Of a DNA stretch of 64,000 nt, positions 1 through 13,700 are shown in pieces. Numbering within the stretch: position 1 is the first letter of the stretch; every line of letters starts with the position of its first letter. The notes beneath the pieces were generated by a model. The model worked only from the letters and a program-made list of their open reading frames with translations. It was not told the DNA's origin and did not search any database. The stretch lies in contig JBLDXI010000056.1 of assembly GCA_047495785.1 (NCBI GenBank), positions 310,001-374,000 of the forward strand. The letters are read 5' to 3'. Both the position numbers and the translations under genes were made by a program. This stretch comes from Lepidodermella squamata. Taxonomy: Eukaryota > Animalia > Gastrotricha.

Positions 1-2835
1 CCTTCGCATGCAGTCCCGGTAGCTGTTGACGGCACCAAATGCTACACTGGGTCCAACTATATGTTTCGCACGGGTAACTTCAATCGCTTGAGATTCTAGG
101 GCATGGTTCGACTTGTCGGAAACGATTTTTTCCAGGGAAGTGAGATCCCTTGGTGTTAAGGAGAGGGAACCGTCGAGGTTGGCACTGTGTTCTGCCACAA
201 TCTGCTTCACTTTGCTGGCAGGGTTGAATTTATAGTTGATTTCCTGTAAACCAATAAAAGCAGCTCTTGCTAAATCATTGCGGCAAATGCGAAGTTTGTT
301 AAAAAACGTCACACTCATCATTGTTGCCTGCACCATTTTCGAGCTTAGGCCCAGCTCGCACGCTGTTCGAATATTCGAGGTGCAGGAGTTCAGCCCCCAG
401 GCCAGTTTGTGCGCTCTTAGCATCGGTCGATCAATTTCTGGTCCAGCAAATGTTCCCCATAGTTGTGCTCCATATAGCGCGCTGCCGTACACCTTTACCC
501 CGACCAGTGTTTCCAGTTGATGTTTCTTCAGCTGGGAGACGCGGACTCCTTTCCGTTTGATGGCCGACAGGGATGTCAGCCCACGCGACACGCCGGTGGA
601 GATAGCCTCCTTCCAGTTCAGATTGAACGTGAACGGGATGCCCAAGTACTTGAAGGACCACGCACACTCGATCTTGGCACCATTTAGCGAGAAGGCATCG
701 GCAATTGATAAGATGTGTTCGGTTCTCCTCTTGCAGAAAATAACTATCTTGGTTTTGTCAACGTTTATTTCCATACCTCGAAGTTTCGCAAAGCGGTCGA
801 CGGCGTCAATCAGCCTTCGCATATTAGAGACGCTCTTAGCCAATCCCGTGGTATCGTCGGCAAACTTTAGCGCCGCCAACTTGATCTCATCGTTAATTTC
901 GGCTTCGTTGATGACGCCACAGCTTGTAAGAAATTCGGGCAAGTCGCTGATCAGTATCGAGAATAGAAGAGGTGACAACGCATCGCCCTGTTTCACTCCT
1001 TGTTCCAGATTGAACCGGTCTGTAGAGGTGTTGCCGACTCTCAGTCGGGCAAAGCTATCGCGATACAAGTCGATTAAGACTGCAATGAAGTGAGACGAAA
1101 CACCTTTCTGAAACAAAGTCTCGAATAGGATGTTGTGGGGGACGCGATCAAACGCTTTCACGAAGTCAAAAAAGCACGCAATTAGATACCCACCCTTTTC
1201 CTTCAAGGCGTTAGCAATGGCAGCGAGGAGTACAGCGGCCGCTTCAGAAGCCCCCATGCCTTCCCGAAAGCCGAACTGGTTTGGGGGGAGAATCTTGTTG
1301 TCCTCGGCCCATTTGTAGAGACGATTGTATAGTACCTTTGAATAAATGCGGTAAAATAGCGGCAGTAGTGAGATTGTTCTGTAGTTATTGGGATCTAGCT
1401 TGCTTCCCTTTTTGAATATAGCCGTCATGGTTACTTCCTTCAGCGGATTGGGGAATTTCGTTGATTCAAAGCATCTTTTGAGAAACAGAAAGGCCAGGTT
1501 AGTGAAAAATTCCTTCGTGGTGTCGTCTGCTTTAACCGCGCGTGCCGTTATGCCGTCATAGCCCGGAGCCTTGTCCAGAGGCAGGTTTTCGACAACCACC
1601 TTAACCTCGTCGAATTCGAGCTGTTTATCCAGGGCGTCGACTCTTCGATTATTGTCAAATTTAAGCTGTCCTGGATTACTGCCTGCGAACAGGTTTTTGC
1701 AGTGTTTCCACCAGTCGGTGACGTTGATTGCCGTTTCGCATGCTTCACTTTGATCTCGGAAAGCTCGAAATAATTCTTTGTTTGTTCGATCATTCATTAT
1801 TCTCTCAAGGATGGTTGATTGACTGGGTGGTCTGGGTTTTCCAGTGGTCCTGTGCAGTTTCGTGACGAAGGCTGGTTGTAATAGTTGCATAATTGTCTTG
1901 AGTTGATCGTCTGATTGTTTCGTGTCCAGTATTTCGCGAAGGTGGCCTAGCTTCGGGTTCCAGTAAGCAGCGACGCCCTTGATTATAACAGGGTCTAGGT
2001 ATGTTCTTAATCGCGATGGGCCTTGAGTACCAGGTCGGGGTTCTTGAGCCGGGACGGTGAAAAGAGTAGAGCAGATAGGTCGGTGGTCGGAGCCGAAGGA
2101 ATCATCATTAACCCAGAAGTCTATCTCGGCAAAGTTTGTGTTGTTGGAGACTAGCAGGTAGTCGAGTACAGCTTTTGATTTCATTCTAGTGATTTTGCCG
2201 ATACCCGCGTCTCTTCCCAATCTGCCATTTGCAACGATACAATCCAACTCGTGCATCATCTCCCTCATTATTCTTAGTTCGCTGTCTTTCGATCTCATTT
2301 CGTCTTCAGAGACTCTCGGTGGGCAGGGCTGGTCTTCTTCGTCGAGAAACAGACTCATATTATCTGTCCAATCTTCCCCAGCTATACGGATGTTGAAGTC
2401 GCCGTAAACGAACCAGTTTTCAAAGCAATGGGTGACATTTAGGTCGTCAAATGTAGCGATAGCATTTTGAAGCAAATCCCTTTTTTCATTGATTGAGCCA
2501 GGACGAACGTATATGAAAACGATGAGAGTTTTATTGTCGAGCAGTAACCAGAGTGAGGCGGTGTCATGGTAGAGAAATTTAACTCGATTTTCAATGGACT
2601 TATTAATTCCGAGGACAAGCCCGCCGCTAGGCCTGCCTAGTCCTGAGGAGGTGGCTATTGGTTCGATATGATATATGCGATGACTAGATGTAGGTAGGTA
2701 GTTACAGTTGAATGCCTCTAGGAGGCAGAAGATCAAAAAGTTACACAAAAATCCAATAACATCATGGTTCAGGGATCTTGAGCTTCCGCAGATATTCCAG
2801 CAGCAGACACTGACTGGATCGGGTCGGTCAATGGC
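1..2835 (-). CDS. LINE ORF2: AP endonuclease + reverse transcriptase (partial, runs off the window; absent from the ORF track)
   Basis: Hand translation gives 945 codons with no stop. APE motifs: CCWNICG, FCLLE, GRPSGG, VYGDFN, LDYLL, SDHRP. RT motifs: KAPGYDG, NYRTISLL, QFGFR, DFVKAFD, GVKQGDALSPLLF, FADD, FKYLG. Confidence 0.95.
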
Positions 2836-3873
2836 CTATTGGGACATCTCATCGTCGGTGTCGTCTTCGTCAACTCCAGGTAGAGCCATTGAGACGACTT
2901 CATCAACCGCTTTGTTGTTTAGCCAGACCTCTAGCATCTCCCGATCCATTCGAAAAACTTCATCATGAGCTTCGCTGTACCAGTAAGCTGTCAGGGACTC
3001 AGCGTGTACCATGAAACCTGTTTTAATTTTCCACTTTCTTGCTTCCTCTTCAATCTCCGTGACCTTCTTAATTTGCTCAGTAAGCCTGCGTTTGGTGTAG
3101 CGTTCCTTCGGCCCTTCATGTTGCTTGTACACAACGCCAATGCTCAATAATGCCGCATTCATCTCTCTGCAGAAAATTTGTTTGGTTCTCGCTTTGAGGT
3201 TTTTGAAGGTAACTTCCGTTATCGACTTCTTGATGGTGGTGCCATTCTTCACTTTCATCTCGATTTCGCGCGATACAACCTCGGTAGGCTCTGCCTCCTC
3301 AAACACTGATCGGGCGGACTTCGGACCGACTTTTACGGAATCAAGTTTGGAAAGAAAGACGCTAGCACTGTTGATATTCCCCATTTTGAAGAATATGAGC
3401 TTGTTGCTTGACTTGCGCTCGTCCCAGATGGCATTTGAGAGTCGTCGGAGTTCGCCTAAATTCGTCACCAGTGAAGCTGTTTTTGATTCCCGTGACGCCC
3501 TTGCTGCCCACGCGACAGCCTTTGTGGCGTTTGCCGCATTAATTGCCAACTTTCTATCGACCTCATCTGATTTCGAGCGAAGCGAGTCCACTGCAACTTC
3601 GACTGATCCTGTCCTTTCTTCCAACGCCTCAAGCCGTTCCGCTGTATTCCGGTTAGCTTCAATAGCGAGCAGCATGTTAACTCCTTTCAGCAGGAGAAGA
3701 AGTCCCGGGTCCATGACTTCGCCTTTTTTCTTGGCATAATCATCGATTGCAGACGATAGCGAGACCAGTTGCTCTTGTTGTTTCAGCGCGTCTTCCGGTG
3801 ATATGGGTTTCGGTCTCTTCCGAGCATTGGACGCGTTAACCGGTGTTGCTGCTGTTTGATCCGTTCCGCTCAT
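2836..3873 (-). CDS. LINE ORF1 protein (coiled coil + putative RRM-like nucleic-acid chaperone), 345 aa
   Basis: Lies directly upstream of ORF2; heptad-like ERLEALEERTGSVEVAVDSLR; NKLIFF...EVTFK resembles CR1/L2/L1-type ORF1 domains. Confidence 0.85.
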   Translation of the reverse strand: MSGTDQTAATPVNASNARKRPKPISPEDALKQQEQLVSLSSAIDDYAKKKGEVMDPGLLLLLKGVNMLLAIEANRNTAERLEALEERTGSVEVAVDSLRSKSDEVDRKLAINAANATKAVAWAARASRESKTASLVTNLGELRRLSNAIWDERKSSNKLIFFKMGNINSASVFLSKLDSVKVGPKSARSVFEEAEPTEVVSREIEMKVKNGTTIKKSITEVTFKNLKARTKQIFCREMNAALLSIGVVYKQHEGPKERYTKRRLTEQIKKVTEIEEEARKWKIKTGFMVHAESLTAYWYSEAHDEVFRMDREMLEVWLNNKAVDEVVSMALPGVDEDDTDDEMSQ

Positions 3874-4782
3874 TGTCGCCTCGGGCCGGTTTACTCTTTA
3901 TTCAAGCGTATTTAAGTAACGATCTTAGACACAAATCAAATTCAGATATTCGATAATTATCGATTGCTAAAGGGCGGCAAAGTGTTGTATATAGACGCTA
4001 AAATTATGTAAATTTGAAAAATAAATATCTTAGTTACAAAATAAATTTATATTATCTCATTCATAATAAGTGTCATTATGAGATGACAATTTGTGCAATT
4101 TCACCCGCTGTTTTTGCCGTTTCCCGGGGCGAACGATTGCCAAAATCCTGATTATCGCGCGATCTGCATTATCGAATCATCTATGTACCTATCGCCTGCT
4201 ATTTCTGTTTTGAAAAATAAAAGGCGTATTAGGTCAATCAGATGCTGCTTAATCTGAGTAAAGATTATGATTTTATCAGGTCAAACACGATGGTAATAAG
4301 TGACCTGTCACTGTCATTAGCTTTTTTTGGTTCACGGATCACGGAGAGCAGTTTTCAGAATTTTGGAAATTGCTTCATCCTTATTTGTTTAGTTGTTTGA
4401 CTTGCTTCATAGATAATCGATTCTATCCAAATCCAAGCTCCTTAATCTTTAGGGATAGCTCCAAGTTTACGCACCCGGCGCGCGTGCCCATTGCCTGGTA
4501 CTTCGTCTAGTCAATTCTATTTTGTAGCATTCCATGTATTCTTGTGTAATATTTCATATTGGGGGAAATGTCTCGACTCCTGACTATTCAATACCTGCAG
4601 CGAGTATCGTGGCTGATCTTTAATCTTGATTTTTTGTATAAAACTCCGATTTGCTTTACAACTTTGAAATCATACTGAGTCACTTCGGCATGCGTCCAGC
4701 CTTTCTGGTGTAGAATTTAGAAATACTATTGCTATCAATCTAGATGTTAATTTTATCTTAAATTTTATTCAACTCGGATGGT

Positions 4783-7700
4783 ATGGAGAGTGTATCTCCA
4801 AGAGGTGACCTGATTGATTCGATGTCATCGCGAAGTCCATCAGTTTCATCCAACGGCACACCAGAAAATAAGGAGAAGTCCGACTTTCTATCTCACTCGC
4901 CAACCTCAAACACAACTTACTCGCGGAGGTTAGTCGACCGCAAACGCGCCTTATTCAAGCAAAATGGCGGGGATCTCGAGATTTCCCTTGCTAATCCAAA
5001 TAGCAATGCGATTGTCGCTCAGCCTATCATCGACCGCGTTCAGCCGACGGGAAAGGTGACTAGTCGCCGCCCTGAACAACGGCCAGAACAGCGGATAGCC
5101 AGGAGGAATAAGGAACGAGAGAGGAAGCATCTCGTTAAAGAAGCTTTAAATCGCCTCGCTCTTCTTCTACCCGATCACACTAGTGGCAGTAGGACAAAAG
5201 TGACATTGGACGTGGTAAAGGACGCTTGTGATCTAATAGTTAATTTACAAGAACAAAGTAGGCGTTTCGCCGATCTCGACGGCCATTCAAGTGCTTTAGT
5301 CCTCGAAACTAATCGGCGTTACGAGCGGCTGCTAACCCTCGCCGGAATTCCGATCGACACAGACCCGGACGTGTTAGAAGCTCAATTATGCCAGGCCGGG
5401 CCTGTGCCAGTCGCTGTAACAGTCTCGCCAGTCATCGAACCAGCGCCTAGGAAATCTCAGCAGAAATCACAGAAATCTAACGCGCCTTATCTCGTGGTTT
5501 CGCCGAACGGATCTTGTACTCTATCGACAGATATTGCAAATAAGCCGTCGGAGAAACAATTGCATAATCCGTTACATACCTTAGCCTCTGTCGCCGTTTC
5601 AAACGACGGCGCATCTTCTTCATCGAATAATGAATCTTCCGAGTCGAAAAGTGAAAAGTTATCTCTGCAGCATGGTGGAATGCCTAATCAAGAACCGGCT
5701 AATAATGATCTCCTTCTCATGGTTGCTTGCCCTGACGGTAAGGAATTTTCCCGATATTTCACATTACAAAATTCAGAAGCCGGTAAATCGATACTCAACT
5801 TGGGGTTTGAAAACTAGAGAATCGCATGGATTTGTATCACGATGGTATGGGGTGAATTTGCATCTACTTAGCATAAGGAAAAGATTTTTCACTTACCGGC
5901 GTTTCTCAATTATGAGTGTAAATAAGCGGTATTGTTAATTGGATGTATTGCAAACTGGGATTTGATCGATTTGTCTCGCCCAAGTACGAATCTTTGTGGG
6001 CTTTCAGAGGATTTTCATGCATTTTCTTTGCTTTTATTAATTGTACCAATCTTTTCAGGCGATAAATCTGACTCAAAATCGGACGGAGGCGCAAAATCGA
6101 ACCCACCGAGTTCTCAACAATCGAATGCCTCAGACCTGCCTTTAGTCGCCTTGGGCCCCAATCCGGGTCAAATCGTGCTAGCAGGCGGTTCTCTCCCACC
6201 ATCGAATCTACCGCAAGTGTTGTTGCTGCCCGACGGCCGGCTCGTCCCAGTCAACATGGCCGATCAAACGGCGGACATGAATTACCGCCAACCGTCGCCC
6301 GTCAAAAAACCAGTCATGGTCGACACATCTGCCGCAAAATTGTCAGTTGTCCAGCCGGGGCAGCGTGCGATTCTACCGAAAATCGCCGCGAGACCGTCGT
6401 CGAATCACGTTGCGATTGCGAGTTCTCGCGATCGGCCAATTGCTCCGCGCCGGCCTATCGCCCCCGCCCAGCCGTTGCAGCCTATTGCGCCTCAGCCACA
6501 GAATTTCCCGGTGATTTTCATCTCGCCGCCGCAGCAGGGCGGTGGGGCGGCTGGGCAGGGCCAGATCACGCTATCAACTCAGCCGCAATTCGCAAATTTG
6601 GGCAACAATCTTGTCGCTGTGCCCATTTCTGGTAAATTTTCTCATTTCTTAGCGGGAAAATTGACGACGTTAGGCATTATTTGCTTCAAAATTCTTTTTC
6701 TGACTCGGCTTAAAAGAACGGCCGAATCATTCGGGTATGGAATCAGAAGTACTAAACCAGTTGATTCTCACCACGTTGTAAGTTCTGAAAAATTCGATTT
6801 TTCAAGCCACAAGCTTCCTTCTTGAATAATCTTTGTTGCGCCACATGTACCACCCTATATTTTCCTATTCTAACGTTTTAGGTTTGATGCCCGCAAGCGT
6901 TCAGCAGCAACAAAACCAACAAAACCAGCAACAACAACAACAACAACAACAGCAAATTCAGTCAGAACCAGATTATCTCACAGTGCTACCGCCCATGTCG
7001 AACAGCACAACGCCGCCTGTTCAGCCTAGCCCCGTTAAAACACCTCAACCGCCGGAGAAGCCGTCGTTTGAAATCACAATTGAACCTCAAACTGTGCAGA
7101 AAAAGCCGGCTGAAATCGCTCAAGAGACTTCGGCTGAGCAGTTACTCGCAGACATGGTGCAGCCAGATGCAAGTTGCTTGATGGAGATGCCGGGCATGGA
7201 CCAGCCGGAGGTAGCCTCGGAACTCGAAATACACGCCGAAATCGCACCACCGCCGGCTCAGCCTGTCGTTAAAAAATCAGTCAAAAAACCGATTGCTGCT
7301 GGCAAAATCGCAGAGAAAAAGGTGTCTAAACCGAAGAAGGTGCTGAAACCACCTGTTGAAGAACCACCTGTTGCTTTGACGAAGCCGTCGACCGGCGAAA
7401 TCGAAATATTCCTACCGCCTCTGCCGAAACCTGTGGAAGAAAAGCCGTCGCCTTCGATTAACAAGAAGCCACCACAGCCGCAGCTGCCGGAGAAGAAAAA
7501 ATCGTCGCCCCTGGCAAAGAAATTCACGCTGGTCGACGCGAAGCCTGTCGCGAATGATTTGCTGGCTGAATCTGCGATATCGATGCTCATCGACGAGCCG
7601 CCCGAATCAACGCCGAAAAAGCTGATCGAACTGCCGCTCGATCTTTCAGTTCCGCTGCCGCAGCAGAAATCGTCGAAAAAGTCGTCGTCGTCGAAGCATT

Positions 7701-10700
7701 CTGTGATCGAATTGGCGAAGAAAAAGCCAGTTGAAGCAAGCGGTTTCGGGCCGTTGTTAAAAATTCAGACGAAAGGTGCGCAGAAGGCGGCTGGTCTCGG
7801 TGCTAATGGTAATGTGCTGTCAGCATCGCCGCCGAAAAAGGTGAAAAAATCAAGGGAAGAACCTTTGCCACCGCCCCCGCCCCCGCCGGTGCCTGTTGTG
7901 CCTGATGCGAAAAACTCAAAGCGAGTGCGCAAAAGCAGCGAGGTGGAGGTGCCGAAATTGACGAAAGTCGTCGAGGCGCCGGCTGTTGACCCGGCGCAGC
8001 GGCAGTTGCGGGTGAAGCAACCGGCGGCGGCGAAGGCAGTGAGTTCGAAGCCGGCTGTTGTTGCTGCGGCGAAAACTCCGTCGAGATCGACCTCGAAACG
8101 CCGGTTACCGCCCGCTCAACATGATGAAGGCGACGACAACTTGCAACCACCTGTTGCTGCTGAGTCGAGGCAGAAAACGCCGGAAATCGCCGCTGAAAAG
8201 CCTGTTGTTGCTATTACTGCTGGCCGGCAGTTCGATGAGAGGAGTCGATCGCCGCTGGTTTCGGTCGTTGAAACGGTGCCTCAGAAATCGACGACTGTTG
8301 AGCCGGCTGAAGATCCGTTTGATCGGCTGGTGGCGAAAGCGGCCGCCGAGGCCGCATCATCATCCTCAACGTCGTCATCGAATGCAAACGCAGCTGGTCT
8401 TTCAACCTCAAGCAATTCAGGTTTGTTCATTTAAATTTCAAGTTTAGACTCGATTTAAATTCATTTATGAAATTTAACTTTATATATTATTGTACATTTC
8501 GGCTTAGTTTTTTGTCAGAACCTGATTGAACAATTTTCAGTTATTAAAAGTTGAGACTGAACAAAATCAAAGAAGAATTTGGAAATTCTAAGAACCGGAA
8601 ATTGTTTGAGAGACGGCAGGAATGGATTCATTGATGAAGTTGAAAGTTATGTCAAAATCACCAAATTTTACCGATATTTCGGGGCTCACTTAGCCCACAT
8701 TTTACCAAAAAAATCATCGATTTCTGAACCAGGACAGATTTTTAATCCTCATGATTTTGTTCAAACTATCGTTCTCCATCTTTCAATTGTCATAAAATGA
8801 GGTTTTGTGGTACTACAGGCTCGAAAACTAATGAGTCGTCTCGAGCGAATTCTGCGTTGGACGATGCAATGCTGCCACCCCCACCTGTGCTGGAATCCAT
8901 CGCCGACAAGGACTACGACCAGCCTCCAGCCGCGCCCGCCCCGGCCCACCACCAAGACCTCGATCGAGACCACGCGCCGCCGCCACTCGACGACGACTAC
9001 GAACCGCCGCATGCCCCGCGGCCAGCCGACGACCCGGCCGACCAGCACGAGCCGCTGCTCATCGGGCATGGCCACCATGACGACGAGGAGGCGGCTGAGG
9101 TGCGGTCGCGTGTGACGACGACGCTGACAAATGGCTCAGAGGCGGCTGTTACCGTTGGAGGAGATGCGGTGGTGTCGCACATTGGCGAGTCGAAGCAGCA
9201 GATTCAACAGCCGATTGTCGACATCATCGATCAACAACAACAGCAAATTGAGCCGCAAAAGCAGCAAGAATCATCGCCCAGTGTTGTGGTGAGTCGTCAT
9301 TTTTTAAAAATAATAATCTTCGATTCTACTGAACTTCATATTTTCAATGTCTAAACAAAAAACCAAATGTTTAGATTAATCCATGGTTAATGGAATTAGG
9401 TTATAGCTAGGCTATGAAGCTATTTAGTAGGCTCGTACAGGCAGGATTTTAAAATGCGGCTGCTACGGCTGGCGATGTCCGCAAGAATACGTTTTTTATG
9501 GGCTTTCCTATTCGTAAATCGCGTAGCATAAGGCGTCAGCAGCAGATTTCGAGATTGAAGTGCGTGATCCAAAGAAAAGCTCCGTTGCCATTTCCGTGCT
9601 TACTGGAGCCGGCAGCAGCTCGGCCTGCGGCGAGATGTTGTACAGGCCTGGGTGTTCGCTTGACCGGGCGGTCCCGTATGACGATCGTTGCCCGGCATGG
9701 CTGAAGAGGATAGGCCGATGGCACGCAGTTCGCAATCAGCCGGCAGTGTTCGACGCAGCCGCGACCTTCGTCGCATTCCATCGCTGACTGGTATTGTTTA
9801 ATGGCGATTAGCGCTGTTTCTGCAGCTTTCGTAGCGTTTTCGAATAGATGCTCATTTTTGCAACAGGCGACATGATTTCGCAACCGGTAACCCGGTCTCA
9901 GTTTTGCCTAGGTAATTATTTCATCGTAACGCTTGACATCGAATTAATAACCCAAGGTTCGGAGCACAATGAAGCAAAAGTATCATTTATTATAACGGCT
10001 TCAAATAAATGAAAAAGTCGGAAAATCAAAGTGAGGCTTGATAAGCGAGGCGATCAAAGTTTACTCCAACGACGCGGCGTTGACATGCAGCTTGACGGCG
10101 AATCGTACGTGTTTGTTGGGGAATCGAGCGTGGTTGACGGCGTCTGCATTGTCGACGGAGTTGCTATCGGAGCAAAAGTTGTGGAGGCTGTCGCCGGAGT
10201 TGCTATTGGCGCCCAAGTAGTTGAGGCCGTAGATGATGGACTCGGCGCAATGGAATATGTTGGCGTTGTTGTTGTCGACATGACAAAAGTTGGTTGGTTT
10301 GTCGTAGAAATATAAAGACTTGTTGAAATGAATTAACAAAATTGGAGCAACAATTTACCTGAGCTGTAGCAATGAGGTGTGTTATATAGGGCCGAATAGT
10401 TGGCGCTATCTGTGAGAGTTATCGAACACGTGAATAGCAAGCGCTAATTCTTGTTATTCAACGGCGAAAGAGAAAGGGAAGACGTGTCAAAAAATGAAGA
10501 ATGAAGTTGCTGTGGCAAGTTCAACTTTTTGGGCGGAAGGGTTAAAGCTTTCAGGCGAGACTCGTAGATCTAGATAAAACGACAGCCTCTGCTTAGAATC
10601 AAATGAGATGTTTGGGATAAAATTATTTTGCGTGAAACCGGACCGTCGTTTTGCGGAACTTTGTCGGTGTTAATGGCTGCCGGTTTGTACGCTTCGAGCT

Positions 10701-13700
10701 TATTCTTGTGGATGGTGTCTCTAAAGGCGATGCCATGCTCGGCCTCTGCGCATACAGCGATCGCGCCCATGCCGTTGGGCACGTTGTACGTCAGCCGCTC
10801 GCGCGTAACTAAGACAGCAACTCGACAAATGACTTGCTTTTAATACAACAGCAGTGTAAAGATGAGACAGTGAAGACGCAGTCAACAATCAACGCCTATT
10901 TGCTAGGGCAAAAAGTTACCTTATTAAAAGAAATTGCTCCTTATCGCTGACACGCAGTGCAGTAATACGACCATTAGCTTTGAGGTAGTTGGCGAATGCC
11001 GGCAAGCTGAAATCGCAGGAGCCAGGATCGATCAGAGTTGAATTTGACAGGAAAAATCACTGGTCGCTCTGCAGGCTAGAGCATTAATTGACCACTCATA
11101 GTGCATAGTGCGCGTTACATGGAGATCATAATTACAAAAAATTGAGATCTTAGCCAAGTAATTGGAGTATACTGGCATCGCGTTTTCGATAGAATTTCGA
11201 TGTTAGAGCCACGATAAAGAATTGTTTGGTTAAATAATCGATGGGAAAAACTGAATCGTCCAGAGCAATTTTGGATCAATTCCAAAAGCTGCTAGCCCGA
11301 TTTATAGTTCCTAGATAATTGAGACTTAATTACTGCAGGTTTCTACCGGAATCAAAATTCCAAATGATTTAATCTCATTTTTCTTATTTTTTAGTCGAGT
11401 GGGGCTTCAGTGCCGCTGCATCACATCTCGGTGGAGCCGGTCGTGAACGTGGTCGCCGAACGAGCCCCGTCCACCGTACCAGCTCCTGTCATGCAACAAC
11501 AGCAGCAGCAACCGCCGTTGATTTGCTCACCCCCACCGCCTCCGCCACCTCCACAGGCCCAACAACAGCAGCAACAGCCGATCGTCTCATCGAAACAACA
11601 ACACCAACAGCAAAGACGGCCATCGAACCCGTCGTCGAATTTGAACCCGTTCCTGCTGAGTTCGAACACTACAACTTGGTTCGAACCGCCGCCGGAACAA
11701 ACGCGGCCGCAGTCATCAGCCGCCCCGCCCCTGGCCCCTCCGCAGCCACCACCACAACCACAGCCTCAATTCTCGAATTTCGATCTGGCCAGCTTCAACA
11801 GCCAGCAGCAATCGGCTCAGTTGCACCAACAACAACAGCAACAGCAGCAGCAGCAACAGCAACAACAACAGCAAAGGCACTACGAAATGGCGTCGAAACG
11901 CGCGAAGATCGACCAGATCCAGGCGGTGCAGGCCGCCGTCGACTCGGCCTCGCAGCACCTGGCCACGCAGCAGCAACTCGCGTCCGTGCAACAGGCGCAG
12001 GCGCTGCTGGGCCAGCTCATGGAGCCGTCGCCCTCCTTCGCCACGTTCGCGACGAACATGCTGCTGGGGCAGACGGCGCAGGCGGCGCGGCACCCCGCCA
12101 TGATGCAGCCGAACGCGCACTCGATGGACTCGGTCGTGCACAACCTGCTGCAGTCGACGCAGTCCACGTTCCACCCGGGCGTCGGCGCTGGAGTCGGTGG
12201 CGGTGGGCCGATGGTGAACCGGCAACAGGCGGCGGCTGCTGCGGCGCATGCGAACCACGCGGCGGCGGTCGCGGCCGGCCAGAACTCGGCGAATGCGTTT
12301 TTGAACAACATTTTTCCGCAGCAGTCGGTGTTTTCCGGCAATCCGGGCGCGATGGGAGCGGCACGCGGCCACCCGGCTTTTGCGCCGTCTTTCTACACAC
12401 CGGCGCCTGATCTTGGCAATCTAGGTAAATTCCGCTGCTATATTTTACTCATTTCGTCATCGGTTTAACACTCTTCGTACCACATACGCACATTTGCGTA
12501 AATGAAAATTTGCAGAAATTTACCGTATACACATATTTGCGTATGCAGAAGTATCACTTTTTTTACGATTTTTTTCTCGTTGAGTGAATGCCTAAAATTC
12601 ATGACTTCATGTCATCTATGTCATTTAGCACCTGAAAAACACGAATTTCGAGTCAAAATCACGAAAAACTCTTTATTAGCTGAAAAATCAGTGATTATCG
12701 ATTATCGATTATTGGTTATCGATTTTCTGTCAACTCTGATTTTTTCCGATTCACCATTGAATTCGCCGTGTTTCAATCTACCGCCTCAAACAAATTCCGA
12801 AAACTTCACGAAATTTGATGTTGGATGTAGCAATTGATACACAGAGGAACAAGACTAACAGCGCAGTATTTTTTCGTCATGACGCGTTTCTTGTGATTCT
12901 TCATACAATCAGCGCAATTAGTTCGCCGGTTATCAGGAGGACTTCTTTCTAGTGCCTCAGTAGCCAGCACAGTTACTTGTTTGAAACGTGACATGATGCG
13001 AATAACTTCAAGTTTAGTGATCAAATCGAGCGAATTCAGATTGAAAATAGGTAGAAAATGAAAATTTTCCAAGTTTCAACTGCGCCATCTGTTGTCGACC
13101 GTATACGCACATTTGTGTAAACAATATTTTTCAGTGAACGCCGTATAGGCTTTCGCAAAATGTTCCTGCATACGCTTATGTGCGTAATCTGTATTCGCAG
13201 AAAACAACCACATACGCAAATGTGCGTAAAACTTTTGTAAAATCTGACCGTATACGCAAATATGTGTAAAGGTTTTTTTGACATTACGTAATATGGGTGC
13301 ATCTCGAAAATCCGGGACATTGACCATTAGTCTTAGAATTCGATCCTCTTTCTGAAAATATGAAATTCGACCTGAGGGTCGAATTTTTTGGTCGGCACGT
13401 CCAAAAATGGCCGGTATTTGAGAAATAGGCTCGTCTAAAAAGCCCGGTACGTAGAGTGTTAAAATAATTCTCATTTCTGTGAATTCAAATGGGCAACTTC
13501 AAACCGAACTTATTAATACTTTGAATATACCGAAATATAGTGAGCCGAAATCCTCAAAACGGGAATTAATCACCACCAAAAATAAGTAGATCCAGTTTAT
13601 GCGTAAGATATTCGCTCGTAAATTTGAGGTTCATTATGCTCCGATGTGAACTATGGTCGCCCGCTTCGATGCGAACCTCAACCTTTTTCATTTGAAAGCT

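Larger units (their letters stand above)
1..3960 (-). mobile_element. APE-type non-LTR retrotransposon (LINE), two ORFs; 3' end outside the window, 5' boundary approximate
   Basis: ORF1 (3873-2836) is followed in frame by an uninterrupted APE+RT frame (2835-1). Confidence 0.95.

Noticed and set aside
1548-1793. Minus-strand 81-aa ORF suggesting a frameshift in LINE ORF2
   Set aside because: It is an alternative frame; the true ORF2 frame is open throughout.
236-3739. Plus-strand ORFs of 60-204 aa over the LINE
   Set aside because: Antisense shadows of ORF1 and ORF2 with no motifs.
12480-13270. Spaced ~20-bp repeats that could be read as CRISPR-like
   Set aside because: Irregular, degenerate, inside piggyBac ends, eukaryotic context, no cas genes.
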